From positions 1 to 64,000 of IMG/VR virus record IMGVR_UViG_3300006153_000386: 64,000 nucleotides of DNA; one strand, given 5' to 3'. This DNA comes from a virus (lineage: Duplodnaviria; Caudoviricetes). Positions 1 to 8,872 of the stretch are shown here, piece by piece (position 1 is the first letter of the stretch; every line of letters starts with the position of its first letter). The position numbers were made by a program, and so were the translations under genes. The notes under the pieces were generated by a model. It made no database searches and was not told the DNA's origin. It saw only the letters and a program-made list of their open reading frames with translations.

Positions 1-14
1 GAGGATATCATACT

Positions 15-1454
15 ATGGCACGAAAGAAGAAAATTCTTAGTCCTACATATACAGAGTTAATTGTACCAACATACGAAGCGATAAAAGAAATGGGAAACTC
101 AGCTACTAACGAAGAGATTTATAATAAAATTATTGAAAATTTAAATTTACCCGATAATGTAATTCACGAACCGCATGGAAAAAATTTGGGCAGAGGTGAA
201 TTAGAATACCAACTTGCATGGGCGAGGACATATTTAAAAAATTATGGTGTTATAAAAAGTGTTAAAAGAGGTATGTGGGAGATAGAACCATCTTTTACTG
301 GAGATGTTCAACTTAATCATACAAAGGTAGTATCATATACAGCAAATAAAAAGCAAAACACAGTTTCCATAGATTTCAATGATAATTTGCTAGATGAGAA
401 TAACGAATTAGAAATAGAAGACAATAAATATATTTCTGATGTTGAACAACCAAATAGTGCAGATTTATATGTAAAAAGTTTAATTGACTTATGGAAAACA
501 GAGGATTTGAAAATCCCATTTTTTCAAAGAAAATTTGTTTGGACTTTACGTCAGGCAAGCCTATTTATAGAATCCTTATTGTCAAACCTACCAATTCCAG
601 CACTTATGTTTTATAAGGATGCTAGTGAATATCAATATATAATAGATGGTCAACAACGAACAAAAAGCATACTTTATTTTACAGGTGCAATAAAGCCTGA
701 TGAAGTAGATGAAGATAATAAGAAATTTCTTAAATTCAGATTAGTTGGGTTAGCGGATGATAGTCCTTATAAAAATAAAACATTCGATAGTTTTGATCCT
801 TCCATAAAAAGAAAATTATTAAACCGTACATTGCCAATAACAACAGTAAAGGTAAACGATGATAGTGATTTACCTAAAATTTTTGAGATTTTTCGTAGAC
901 TTAATACAGGCGGCACTCCTTTAACTAAGCAAGAAATTAGAAATTGTATTTGTGCAGGTAATTTTAATGAGTTTCTTATTAATTTAAATAAAAACAAAGA
1001 ATGGCAATCATTTATTACTAGTGAAAACGATAGAAAAAGGCAACGTGATATTGAGTTAATACTGCGTTTTTTTGCTTTATATGAAACCTATAAACAATAT
1101 AAAAGACCAATGGATGAATTTCTAACATTATATTTTGAAGCACATAGAAATATTGACGAAACTGAAAGAGATGAGAAAACTAATCTTTTTACAACTGTTG
1201 TATCAGCTATATATCATAATTTGGGGAGAAGACCGTTCCACATAAAAAATGGTTTAAATTCTGGTGTATGTGATTCTGTTATGGTGGCTTTTGCAAATAA
1301 CATTGACAATATTCCGTTGGATATAAAGGATCGGTTTTTTAAATTGACACATAACGATGAATTTTATAAATATTGCGGCAAAAATATTAATGACAATGAA
1401 TCTGTACAATGTAGGATAAAGATTGCAACAGAGTTTCTTTTTGGTGATATATAA
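15..1454 (+). CDS. Mrr N-terminal winged-helix + DUF262 (GmrSD/ParB-like) protein, putative restriction/defence
   Basis: N-terminal ELEYQLAWARTYLK...RGMWEI is Mrr_N-like; C-terminal PFFQRKFVW, IDGQQR and IFRRLNTGG are DUF262 motifs. Confidence 0.85.
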   Translation: MARKKKILSPTYTELIVPTYEAIKEMGNSATNEEIYNKIIENLNLPDNVIHEPHGKNLGRGELEYQLAWARTYLKNYGVIKSVKRGMWEIEPSFTGDVQLNHTKVVSYTANKKQNTVSIDFNDNLLDENNELEIEDNKYISDVEQPNSADLYVKSLIDLWKTEDLKIPFFQRKFVWTLRQASLFIESLLSNLPIPALMFYKDASEYQYIIDGQQRTKSILYFTGAIKPDEVDEDNKKFLKFRLVGLADDSPYKNKTFDSFDPSIKRKLLNRTLPITTVKVNDDSDLPKIFEIFRRLNTGGTPLTKQEIRNCICAGNFNEFLINLNKNKEWQSFITSENDRKRQRDIELILRFFALYETYKQYKRPMDEFLTLYFEAHRNIDETERDEKTNLFTTVVSAIYHNLGRRPFHIKNGLNSGVCDSVMVAFANNIDNIPLDIKDRFFKLTHNDEFYKYCGKNINDNESVQCRIKIATEFLFGDI

Positions 1455-1799
1455 ATTTTAAAATATTGCTATTTATAATAATTTTTCAAAGTATAAGAGA
1501 CACCTTTTAAATGTCTCTTTTTCTGACATTTTTTCACTTTTGCTTATATAGAATAGTAGTCTGCAATTTTTTCTAAGTCACTGTCGTTAATCAAATATCT
1601 AAAACAAAACGCTTATATGAAAATACATATTCACGGCATAGTTGTAGAAGTTCTATCCAAGGAGTCTTTTACAATTTAATCACAACCTTTCAAAATTTGA
1701 AAAAACTAAATTAAAATGTAAAAGAGACATCTTTGTGATGTCTCTTTATTCTACCCATTAAAGGGATAAAAGATATTTGATTTTCTACTCATTTAAGAG

Positions 1800-2291
1800 C
1801 TATTTTTCGATATATGCTTTACACATTTGCTCTAATAAATCAAAATTACAGCATCTTTCTTTTACTGCAATATCTGCTTTTGTTAATTCAGAATCATCAG
1901 TATGAAACAAACGATATAAATTTTCAGATTTTCTTATTACAACACTTTCTATAGAAATTAATGCTTTATATTGGTTCTGCAAAAGATTCCTATAATTTTC
2001 ATCCTGTTCATCTTTAAAATCAAAATCTATAATACATTCTTTATTAACAGGAATCATTTTGTTAAAATTTATAACACCATATTCGCCATTTTTAATTTTA
2101 TGGAAATCTTTTGCGTTTTTCATCTTTTTGTGTTTTGGCTTTGGAGAAGATAATGGTATGTAATAATTTACATTGTTTATTATATATACAACTCCAATAT
2201 AGGGACGTTTCTCATTTTTATTTGTTAAAACTTTACATTCTTTGGTTCTTAAATATTTAATATAATCTTCTTTAATTTTACATACCTTCAT
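1800..2291 (-). CDS. toxN: Type III toxin-antitoxin endoribonuclease, ToxN/AbiQ family
   Basis: RPYIGVV, YYIPLSSPKPKH and INFNKMIPV motifs; preceded by repeat array and terminator. Confidence 0.9.
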   Translation of the reverse strand: MKVCKIKEDYIKYLRTKECKVLTNKNEKRPYIGVVYIINNVNYYIPLSSPKPKHKKMKNAKDFHKIKNGEYGVINFNKMIPVNKECIIDFDFKDEQDENYRNLLQNQYKALISIESVVIRKSENLYRLFHTDDSELTKADIAVKERCCNFDLLEQMCKAYIEK

Positions 2292-2307
2292 GTTTTCACC
2301 TATGTAT

Positions 2308-2343
2308 AATAAAAGGAACTGACTAATGCCAGCTCCTTATTTT
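2308..2343 (-). terminator. Intrinsic terminator between toxI repeats and toxN
   Basis: Minus strand AAGGAGCTG-gcattagt-CAGTTCCTT followed by a T-rich tail. Confidence 0.8.
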
Positions 2344-2458
2344 AATTCCTTTTTTTATGGTGTAGGCTCACACGCTATTTTCATTTCCCTTTTGCTGGTG
2401 GGGACTCACACGCTATTTTAATGTTTCACTTACATGGTAGAAACTTACCGCATAGAAA
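2344..2458 (-). ncRNA. toxI: Type III antitoxin RNA: about 3 degenerate 38-39 nt pseudoknot repeats
   Basis: CTCACACGCTATTTT at 2367 and 2405 (period 38); third divergent copy near 2420-2455; -10 TATAAT at 2481-2486 and -35-like TTGCAT at 2503-2508. Confidence 0.8.
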
Positions 2459-2573
2459 TCAATATAGATCTCTTACTTTTATTATACACATTTTATTGAA
2501 ATATGCAATCAGTAAAATATAAAAATTTTATAAATAAATTTTCTTTTCAATCTAACACATGTAAAATATAAAT

Positions 2574-2675
2574 CTATTCAATACATTTGTACAAATCGTT
2601 ATCAAATGTTTTGAATATCGTACTATGGTTACTTTGTACTATGTGGAGTAGTACATAAGAACTGTGGAAGTTCTT
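2574..2675 (-). other. Candidate group I 3' splice-site module C plus exon stub IFKTFDNDLYKCIE*
   Basis: Hairpins 2657-2675 (loop TTCCACA) and 2635-2655 (loop CTCCACA); ATAGTAC 2626-2620; omega-G 2619; exon ATATTCAAAACATTT from 2618. Confidence 0.75.
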
Positions 2676-2713
2676 GTAGTTATATGATAAAATAAGCCCC
2701 ATTATAGAGATAA

Positions 2714-3208
2714 ATGGAGAATGATTATATGAGAGTTAAAGGTGTATGCTTTAATTGTGGATATATAGCACTTGATGACACATTAAATTGTGAAGCTTGT
2801 GGTAATTTATTTACTAAAGTTAGTATTATAGAGGGAATAAAACTTGTTAATATGAATGGGGAACAAAGAATCAAATGGATTGAAAATAAGTTAGGTCATT
2901 CTTTAAAAAAAGAGGAACTAACAAAACGTGATAGATACTGCAAAAATCAAATGCAAGAATTTAATCAACGAAAAGAAGCCGAACAAACCAAACTCAAAGA
3001 GGAACAAGAGGCAAAACTCAAAACAATGACTCAAAAGGTATTAGATAAAGTAAACAACGTCCCTAAGTGTCCTATCTGCGGTTCAACCAATATAAACAAG
3101 ATAACCCTTACCACCAGAGCCGTTAAGACAGCTGCGTTTGGGGTGGTAGGGGCTGTTGATGATGCAGGTAAAACATGGAAATGTGGGAACTGCGGGAGTA
3201 GGTTTTAA
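2714..3208 (+). CDS. Double zinc-ribbon protein
   Basis: CxxC pairs at N-terminus (CFNC, CEAC) and C-terminus (CPIC...CGNC). Confidence 0.75.
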   Translation: MENDYMRVKGVCFNCGYIALDDTLNCEACGNLFTKVSIIEGIKLVNMNGEQRIKWIENKLGHSLKKEELTKRDRYCKNQMQEFNQRKEAEQTKLKEEQEAKLKTMTQKVLDKVNNVPKCPICGSTNINKITLTTRAVKTAAFGVVGAVDDAGKTWKCGNCGSRF

Positions 3209-3224
3209 ATTATAATTATAACAT

Positions 3225-3270
3225 ATTAGAATAAAAGACATCTTAATCAAAATGTCTTTTATTCTAATAT
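3225..3270. terminator. Bidirectional terminator between convergent genes
   Basis: Long inverted repeat ATTAGAATAAAAGACAT...ATGTCTTTTATTCTAAT. Confidence 0.75.
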
Positions 3271-3332
3271 CTATTAAATTAACAATAACTTAGTATAAAC
3301 AATTTTTAAGATGAAATAGTTAGAATAAATTT

Positions 3333-3518
3333 TTATTCGTTCTTTTCTATTTCCCCAAAACTGATTTTTAGCTGTTCCAATTCTGTTATAAATTCATCAA
3401 TTTGTTTTCTGCTTTGTTCATATTCCATTCTATACCGTTCACTTTGCGCAATAGCATCTTCTTTTGATTGTTCTGGCAAAATCTTATTAATTTGCTTGCT
3501 TGTTATTTTTTTTAGCAT
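3333..3518 (-). CDS. Small coiled-coil protein coupled to upstream TM-GAF gene
   Basis: ORF overlaps 3' end of 3487-4500. Confidence 0.55.
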   Translation of the reverse strand: MLKKITSKQINKILPEQSKEDAIAQSERYRMEYEQSRKQIDEFITELEQLKISFGEIEKNE

Positions 3519-4500
3519 CTACTTTTTCTTCCTCCAATTTTTCTAATATTGAAAAACTACTTATAAAACCTTTTTCTATCTTATATGCTAATAACGCATA
3601 GTGCGTGAAAGGATTGATATATTTTGTGATAATGTCTAATATTTCTGTTTTACTATTAGCTATTTTATTATTCCCAAAGGAACAAATTTGTAGTAAACAA
3701 ACGATTTTATTACCAGAACAAACGATAGGTATTCCAACATATTGGCTATAATCTGGGTGATCTTCGTCTATATAAACAAAATTTTCATTAACCTCTTCTT
3801 TTGTGGTTAATATTTTGATTTTAGTATCTTTATTGAGATATGTTTTAACCGCATAGAAGGTTTTATTTTTACTTAAAAGTAATTTTTCTTCAAATTTATC
3901 TGGATATTTTTCATATTTTCCCTTATGTGCTATCATTGTAATATTTCTTTTAGAACCAGTTGCTGAAATATCAGAGAGCATTATATTAACAGTAAAGTCA
4001 TCATATGGTTTGCAGATCTCACATAAAAGAGTGTAAATGCCATTACAAATACCCGTAGCAACTTTCTTAAAGTTCCATACATCTAAGGTTCGATTTCCCT
4101 TTAATATTTGTTTAGATAAAAGATTTATACTACTATGAGAATCAGCAAATAGAGCAGCCAATTCTCTCATTCCTTTATCGTAATTTTTTATCTCTTCTTC
4201 TGATAATAGTAATTTGGCATTATATTGTTTTTTAACGTTTTCTATTTCTTTGTCTCTTTCGTCAAGTCTATTTTTTAAATCTTTTATTTCAGAATCTTTT
4301 TCTTTATCCAGCTTACTATATTTATATGATGTATAAGCATATATTAGGAATAGTGCAATCAATGAGACAAGTTTTTGTTTAAACCAAATATCATTTTTAT
4401 AATTCCAATTTCCCATTGCAGAAAAAATACCACCAATTATAAGGGGATTAATATAAGTATTAAGTATTTTAACAATTTTATTTTCTAAAAATCTTTTCAT
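3487..4500 (-). CDS. 2TM + coiled-coil + GAF-like domain protein
   Basis: Two N-terminal hydrophobic helices; C-terminal YSQYVGIPIV...IVCLLQI resembles a GAF fold; RBS GGAGA. Confidence 0.6.
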   Translation of the reverse strand: MKRFLENKIVKILNTYINPLIIGGIFSAMGNWNYKNDIWFKQKLVSLIALFLIYAYTSYKYSKLDKEKDSEIKDLKNRLDERDKEIENVKKQYNAKLLLSEEEIKNYDKGMRELAALFADSHSSINLLSKQILKGNRTLDVWNFKKVATGICNGIYTLLCEICKPYDDFTVNIMLSDISATGSKRNITMIAHKGKYEKYPDKFEEKLLLSKNKTFYAVKTYLNKDTKIKILTTKEEVNENFVYIDEDHPDYSQYVGIPIVCSGNKIVCLLQICSFGNNKIANSKTEILDIITKYINPFTHYALLAYKIEKGFISSFSILEKLEEEKVDAKKNNKQAN

Positions 4501-4593
4501 ATGTCATCTCCAAACTTTTGTAATAGACTAAAATAATCATATCAAAGTCGTGAGCATTTTACAATACAGAACATATGATCTAAAAATAAGGAG

Positions 4594-4743
4594 ATGTTTA
4601 TAGATAATTGTCCATACTGTCACAGCACAAACACAAAAAAGATCACAACAACAGGTAGATTGATGTCCGTCGGTATCTTTGGGTTTGCAAGTAAAAAGAT
4701 GGGCAAACAATGGCATTGTAATCAGTGTAATAGTGATTTTTGA
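4594..4743 (+). CDS. 49-aa zinc-ribbon ORF or gene remnant, paralogous to the C-terminus of 2714-3208
   Basis: Hand translation MFIDNCPYCHSTNTKKITTTGRLMSVGIFGFASKKMGKQWHCNQCNSDF*; not in the ORF track. Confidence 0.65.
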   Translation: MFIDNCPYCHSTNTKKITTTGRLMSVGIFGFASKKMGKQWHCNQCNSDF

Positions 4744-4806
4744 TAAATTTTTTATATTACTAAAAATAATATTTACTATCCGAACTAAAGTTCTGTCTAT
4801 TTTAAT

Positions 4807-5547
4807 TTGTCAATATATGATAAAATATTACTTATCAATTATAAAGAGAGAATACAAATGACAAATCAAGAGTTTATAGATTCACTTTCACAAAAGGCAA
4901 AGAAAATAATAACCAACTATCAATATAAAAATATTAATAAGACCGATATTATAGTGTATTTAAATAATACAGTAAATAGAGTTAATATGGATCATCCTAA
5001 TACTTACATAATTGAAATAAAGAAACAAGAATCTTTGTATGATATGGAATATGCGTTTCTTCATGAATTTTGTCATTGTATTCAAAGTGATAGTGGTTTT
5101 CCATATATAAATTATATCAATGTAAATTATAGAACTTTATCAGAATGTTTATCGTCAATTGTATTAGACTGTGATGTATATAATAGATTGTTGGAGAAAG
5201 GGTATAAAGAAAATCCTAATATTCTGCATTCGGAGTTCAATAATATATATGATACATTATTCGTTATATCAAGAGAAAAGAAATTTGGTAATTATTTGAA
5301 CGATATAGACCATCAAATTTATTATGCAGGCAAATTAGTAATATTATCAAAATTTTATGATAATGATATAAATGTTAAAAGCATTACGAATTTGGTTAAA
5401 AATAAATTTCCTATAATATATAAGGATTATAATATTTTTATTAATGCAATAAAAAGATATGGATTTACATCACCTAAAAGTGTAAGGAAAATTTTCAAAA
5501 CAATTATAAGGGAGTTAAAAATAGATGAGTTTGTTACTATAATGTAA
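4807..5547 (+). CDS. HExxH zincin-like (ImmA/IrrE-like) metallopeptidase; likely start 4858
   Basis: FLHEFCH motif. Confidence 0.6.
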   Translation: MSIYDKILLINYKERIQMTNQEFIDSLSQKAKKIITNYQYKNINKTDIIVYLNNTVNRVNMDHPNTYIIEIKKQESLYDMEYAFLHEFCHCIQSDSGFPYINYINVNYRTLSECLSSIVLDCDVYNRLLEKGYKENPNILHSEFNNIYDTLFVISREKKFGNYLNDIDHQIYYAGKLVILSKFYDNDINVKSITNLVKNKFPIIYKDYNIFINAIKRYGFTSPKSVRKIFKTIIRELKIDEFVTIM

Positions 5548-5811
5548 CAAACTCATTTTCATATTTCATTTTCAAATCTATACACAATTTTAACTTTTCA
5601 TAGTTTTTACTTATTATACATTCATGAATACTATTATTTATTTCATTAAGATCTCTATTAAAATTTTTACAATAAATTTTTCTTTTATTTTCATTACCCG
5701 CAATTAAATTAAAACTTTTTATTTTATCTAAATCGCTGTTAAATGTTTTGAATATCATACTATTTATTTTACAGGTCGTGGAGTCCTGTGTATAGCAGTT
5801 GTGGAGACTGC
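5537..5811 (-). other. Candidate group I 3' splice-site module B plus 72-codon exon IFKTFNSDLDK...
   Basis: Hairpins 5795-5811 and 5771-5789 with CTCCAC loops; ATAGTAT 5763-5757; omega-G 5756; exon from 5755 open to 5537. Confidence 0.75.
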
Positions 5812-5904
5812 ATAAATTTATGGTTTATTTTATAAAACAAAATTTAGTTGTCGGAAAGTTCAGAATAGAACAATAAGAGTAAAGAATTTAATAATACAGT
5901 TTTA

Positions 5905-6246
5905 TTAAATGGCAAATCCTAATCCACTTAAAACGCCAATAATTATAGATAATATCAATCCAATTATTATCAAATTTTTCATAAATCTTACGTCTGATGC
6001 AATCTGATGAATGTCCTTCTGAATGAAATCTGAAACTTCGTTTGATTTGCTTTGTGAATTGTATGTTACTGGTTTTCTGTTCATCCATTCTACAACAATT
6101 TGAGCAGCAACTTTTTAATCACATCCAGTCTGCTCTTGAATATATTTTACAGCTTTCATTTTATCACTGTAAAATAAAGTCTTCACATTTTCATAATGTT
6201 TGTTGTAATTTTGTTCTAATTTAGTTCTTACTTCTACAATAGTCAT
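5905..6246 (-). pseudogene. Membrane protein with L7/L12-CTD-like motif, broken by an in-frame TAA at 6115-6117
   Basis: RBS GAGGAG then ATG 6246; KMKAVKYIQEQTGCD*KVAAQIV; C-terminal TM helix. Confidence 0.6.
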
Positions 6247-6455
6247 TACTAAACTCCTCTAAAATTTATTATTCATAAGTACATATAATTGAATCAGAGA
6301 TATAATAACACTATGATAACTAAATGTAAACAAGCATATTTGCAATACATATGAACTATAGAATAAATTTCATTTGTTATTATACAGAGTATACAAAACA
6401 TATGTTTAGACTATCATTGTTATTATAAATACAGTATACTAATTTTATAAATTAA

Positions 6456-6665
6456 ATGAAAGAGGGGGGTTATATAATGGGTTTAGCAACTATGATAAAT
6501 AATACAAGATATAAAGAAGATATATTCAATTTTTTACGTGACCACAGTGCAAGTTATTTTACAGAATCAGAATTAAATGAAGCATTAAATATGATTGGTA
6601 AAAATCCTTATAATTTTAACACGAAAGATGAAAAATTACAAGCACTTATTGATTATTATAGGTAA
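6456..6665 (+). CDS. Hypothetical protein; likely start 6477
   Basis: ORF with RBS GAGGGG. Confidence 0.55.
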   Translation: MKEGGYIMGLATMINNTRYKEDIFNFLRDHSASYFTESELNEALNMIGKNPYNFNTKDEKLQALIDYYR

Positions 6666-6685
6666 AACGAAAGCGAGATAAACTA

Positions 6686-6964
6686 ATGAAACTCAATAAA
6701 AATGTAATCAAAGATGTTATCAATTATGTAATTGAAAATCAAACATTTGATCTTGATGCTGGTCAAATGACTCCAATTCTACTAACATCAATTGTAAAAG
6801 ATTTATCAAACAAAGACCAAAATAAAATGGAAGAGGTTGCATGTGCGATTGTTCGTTGTGTCAATGAAAATTTAGTATTGAGTAATTATCCTCGAATGCC
6901 ATGGGGTTCAGCAGAAATAACAGATGTTACATTTAGAGGATTTGAATGGCTAGAAAATAATTAA
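6686..6964 (+). CDS. Small winged-helix-like protein (DUF2513-like)
   Basis: MKLNKNVIKDVI...DVTFRGFEWLE pattern. Confidence 0.55.
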   Translation: MKLNKNVIKDVINYVIENQTFDLDAGQMTPILLTSIVKDLSNKDQNKMEEVACAIVRCVNENLVLSNYPRMPWGSAEITDVTFRGFEWLENN

Positions 6965-6980
6965 TACATTTATGATGTGT

Positions 6981-7223
6981 TTAGTATTTTATTTCACCTG
7001 TATTTCTCATTCTATAAATCTGTTTAACATCATTAGTTATGGTTGAAACAGGTTGTATCTTTAACTTTTTAGATGTTTCATGTAATATACTATGTGCTTC
7101 AGAAATAGATATTACGTTATCAGCAAATATTTTTATAATATCATTAATAATTTCTTGTTTTGTTTTTAACTGCTGTTCGTTCTGAATGGCAGTTTCTTTA
7201 TTTGTAATGTTTTGAATATCCAT
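6981..7223 (-). CDS. Hypothetical protein; likely start MDIQNIT
   Basis: ORF with RBS AAAGGA. Confidence 0.45.
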   Translation of the reverse strand: MDIQNITNKETAIQNEQQLKTKQEIINDIIKIFADNVISISEAHSILHETSKKLKIQPVSTITNDVKQIYRMRNTGEIKY

Positions 7224-7350
7224 TTTTAAAATTCCTTTCTTTAAACGTATTATTGAAAACATTACAAACCATTTTTTGTAATGTTTTGAATATCATTCTA
7301 TTATATTTTGCCAATTGTGGAGATTGGCTAACTACTTGTGGAGAATAGTT
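7198..7350 (-). other. Candidate group I 3' splice-site module A plus 31-codon exon IFKTLQKM...
   Basis: Hairpins 7330-7350 and 7310-7328 with CTCCACA loops; ATAGAAT 7301-7295; omega-G 7294; exon from 7293; duplicate G|ATATTCAAAACATT at 7220. Confidence 0.7.
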
Positions 7351-7429
7351 TTATGTTGAAATATGTGGTTTAATCTGATATAATTAGTCCAATTAAATGA
7401 ATGAGAAATAAAATATTTTACTAAGGAGG

Positions 7430-7858
7430 ATGTATTCATTGAATAAGGAAATTTATTTCCGCAATATAATTCTTTCTGGAACAAAAGAAAATAATAAAAA
7501 AGTACTAAATATTATTCCAGGGTGGAAATTTAAAACAATAAATATACAGGGCGTTATTCAAAATTGTATTGAAAATGAAAAATTAAATGTACGAGTTTTA
7601 TTTGATTTAGATATAAAACAAAGTACAAATGTTGTTCCAATTAAATCGTCCATCGGTGATATTTATAATAAATATGAAGATGGATATGATCTGAGTAAAA
7701 ATCAAAAGAGTAATATAAAGGATGATATACTATATTTATTATGTCTACAAATAAATAAAATAATAAAAGAATATAATGAAAACAATGATGATATTGAAAA
7801 TACAATAGATGTATTATGTGGCATCGTTCCAAGTGTATATGATTGTGAACAACAATAA
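7430..7858 (+). CDS. Hypothetical protein
   Basis: 142-aa ORF followed by terminator 7863-7893. Confidence 0.6.
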   Translation: MYSLNKEIYFRNIILSGTKENNKKVLNIIPGWKFKTINIQGVIQNCIENEKLNVRVLFDLDIKQSTNVVPIKSSIGDIYNKYEDGYDLSKNQKSNIKDDILYLLCLQINKIIKEYNENNDDIENTIDVLCGIVPSVYDCEQQ

Positions 7859-7861
7859 AAA

Positions 7862-8064
7862 TAAAAGAGCAGATGTTGTACACCACCTGCTCCTGTGTTT
7901 TTGAATACTAATACAAACTGGTCAAAATAAGTTTGTACGATTCATAGAAAAAACTCTCTTTTAAACGAAGATAGGCATTTCATACTTTATGATTAATATA
8001 ATCATTCAGCAACTGCTTACCTTCTATTATAATAGATCATACATTATCTATTGTTTTGTGTCAA
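7862..8064 (-). ncRNA. Putative small RNA 2 with its promoter and terminator
   Basis: TTGACA (8064-8059)-17-TATGAT (8041-8036); no ORF; terminator 7863-7893. Confidence 0.5.
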
Positions 8065-8119
8065 TGGTATTATTATTTTCAATTAAACGAATAAGAGAGT
8101 ATAGCTATGAAATTTAATT

Positions 8120-8280
8120 AAAAACGAGTGAATAGACTATGCTAGACACTCGCTACTATTGATGATATTTAATTGAAATGATTACTATACTAGATAGGTC
8201 ATATCAATCCATCTTAAGACTGTAGACCGCGCTATTTCTTAGAATAATATCATTATACTATTATATCTTACAGATGTCAA
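8120..8280 (-). ncRNA. Putative small RNA 1 with its promoter and terminator
   Basis: Perfect TTGACA (8280-8275)-17-TATAAT (8257-8252); no ORF; terminator CGAGTG...CACTCG-TTTT at 8152-8120. Confidence 0.55.
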
Positions 8281-8285
8281 TAGTA

Positions 8286-8580
8286 TTACAAGATATTTCT
8301 TAAGCCTAATACGTCTTGTTTATCTGTATTATAACAATATAGTTTTTTACAGTACATTTCTCCAATATTATAAAAATCTTTTGTTCTACTTACTTTTTGC
8401 AATAATGCGGAAGATAGGGCATCTGCTATTTGTAATCTGATACAATTATCACCTTTAACTGCAAAACCAACAGAAGATAGGTGCTTATCAAAATCTTACT
8501 GAGAAAAATAAACAGAACCATTTTTGATGAAACTGTAGTAAATATTTAACAATTCAACTAAAGCAATATTATAATGAATA
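8286..8580 (-). pseudogene. C-terminal remnant of a DUF3800-like gene
   Basis: Hand translation ...FIKNGSVYFSQ*DFDKHLSSVGFAVKGDNCIRLQIADALS...GLRNIL*; LQIAD motif; no start codon. Confidence 0.55.
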
Positions 8581-8611
8581 ATATACTTCCCTACATTTAA
8601 AAATAATGTGT

Positions 8612-8872
8612 TTATATAGTACTGTAGCTTTGCATAATTGTAAATGCAGAATCAACATCATTTACAAATTGACTTAATTCATCAAAATTAATTAATAAAA
8701 TTTTATCGTTCCTATTTTCGTCTGTTAAAATATATGATAAAAAATACGCTAATTGTTCTCTGCAATTTTTTGAATGAGGGTAAGGAATATCGCCATTTTC
8801 TAATCTTACTAATAATGCTATAGCTGTCGTGCGATCTAAATATATTGGTTTATAATAATTATCTATTTTCAT
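8612..8872 (-). CDS. Small protein coupled to the phosphoesterase gene
   Basis: Overlaps upstream stop; RBS GGAGG. Confidence 0.65.
   Translation of the reverse strand: MKIDNYYKPIYLDRTTAIALLVRLENGDIPYPHSKNCREQLAYFLSYILTDENRNDKILLINFDELSQFVNDVDSAFTIMQSYSTI

Noticed and set aside
2344-2458. CRISPR array
   Set aside because: Tandem repeats without spacers, no cas genes, and located upstream of toxN
4669-4676. GTCGGTAT resembling the spliced junction
   Set aside because: Only 8 nt, on the opposite strand, inside coding sequence; probably chance
5537-5758. Stand-alone 73-aa gene MIFKTF...
   Set aside because: No SD; its ATG overlaps the omega-G, and the equivalent position in module C is ACG, so it is better explained as a 3' exon
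2574-7350. Integron attC sites or invertase/shufflon sites
   Set aside because: No GTTRRRY/RYYYAAC boxes, all copies co-oriented, and the P1/P10/P9.0/omega-G pairings explain the conserved bases better; a DNA-level role is not formally excluded
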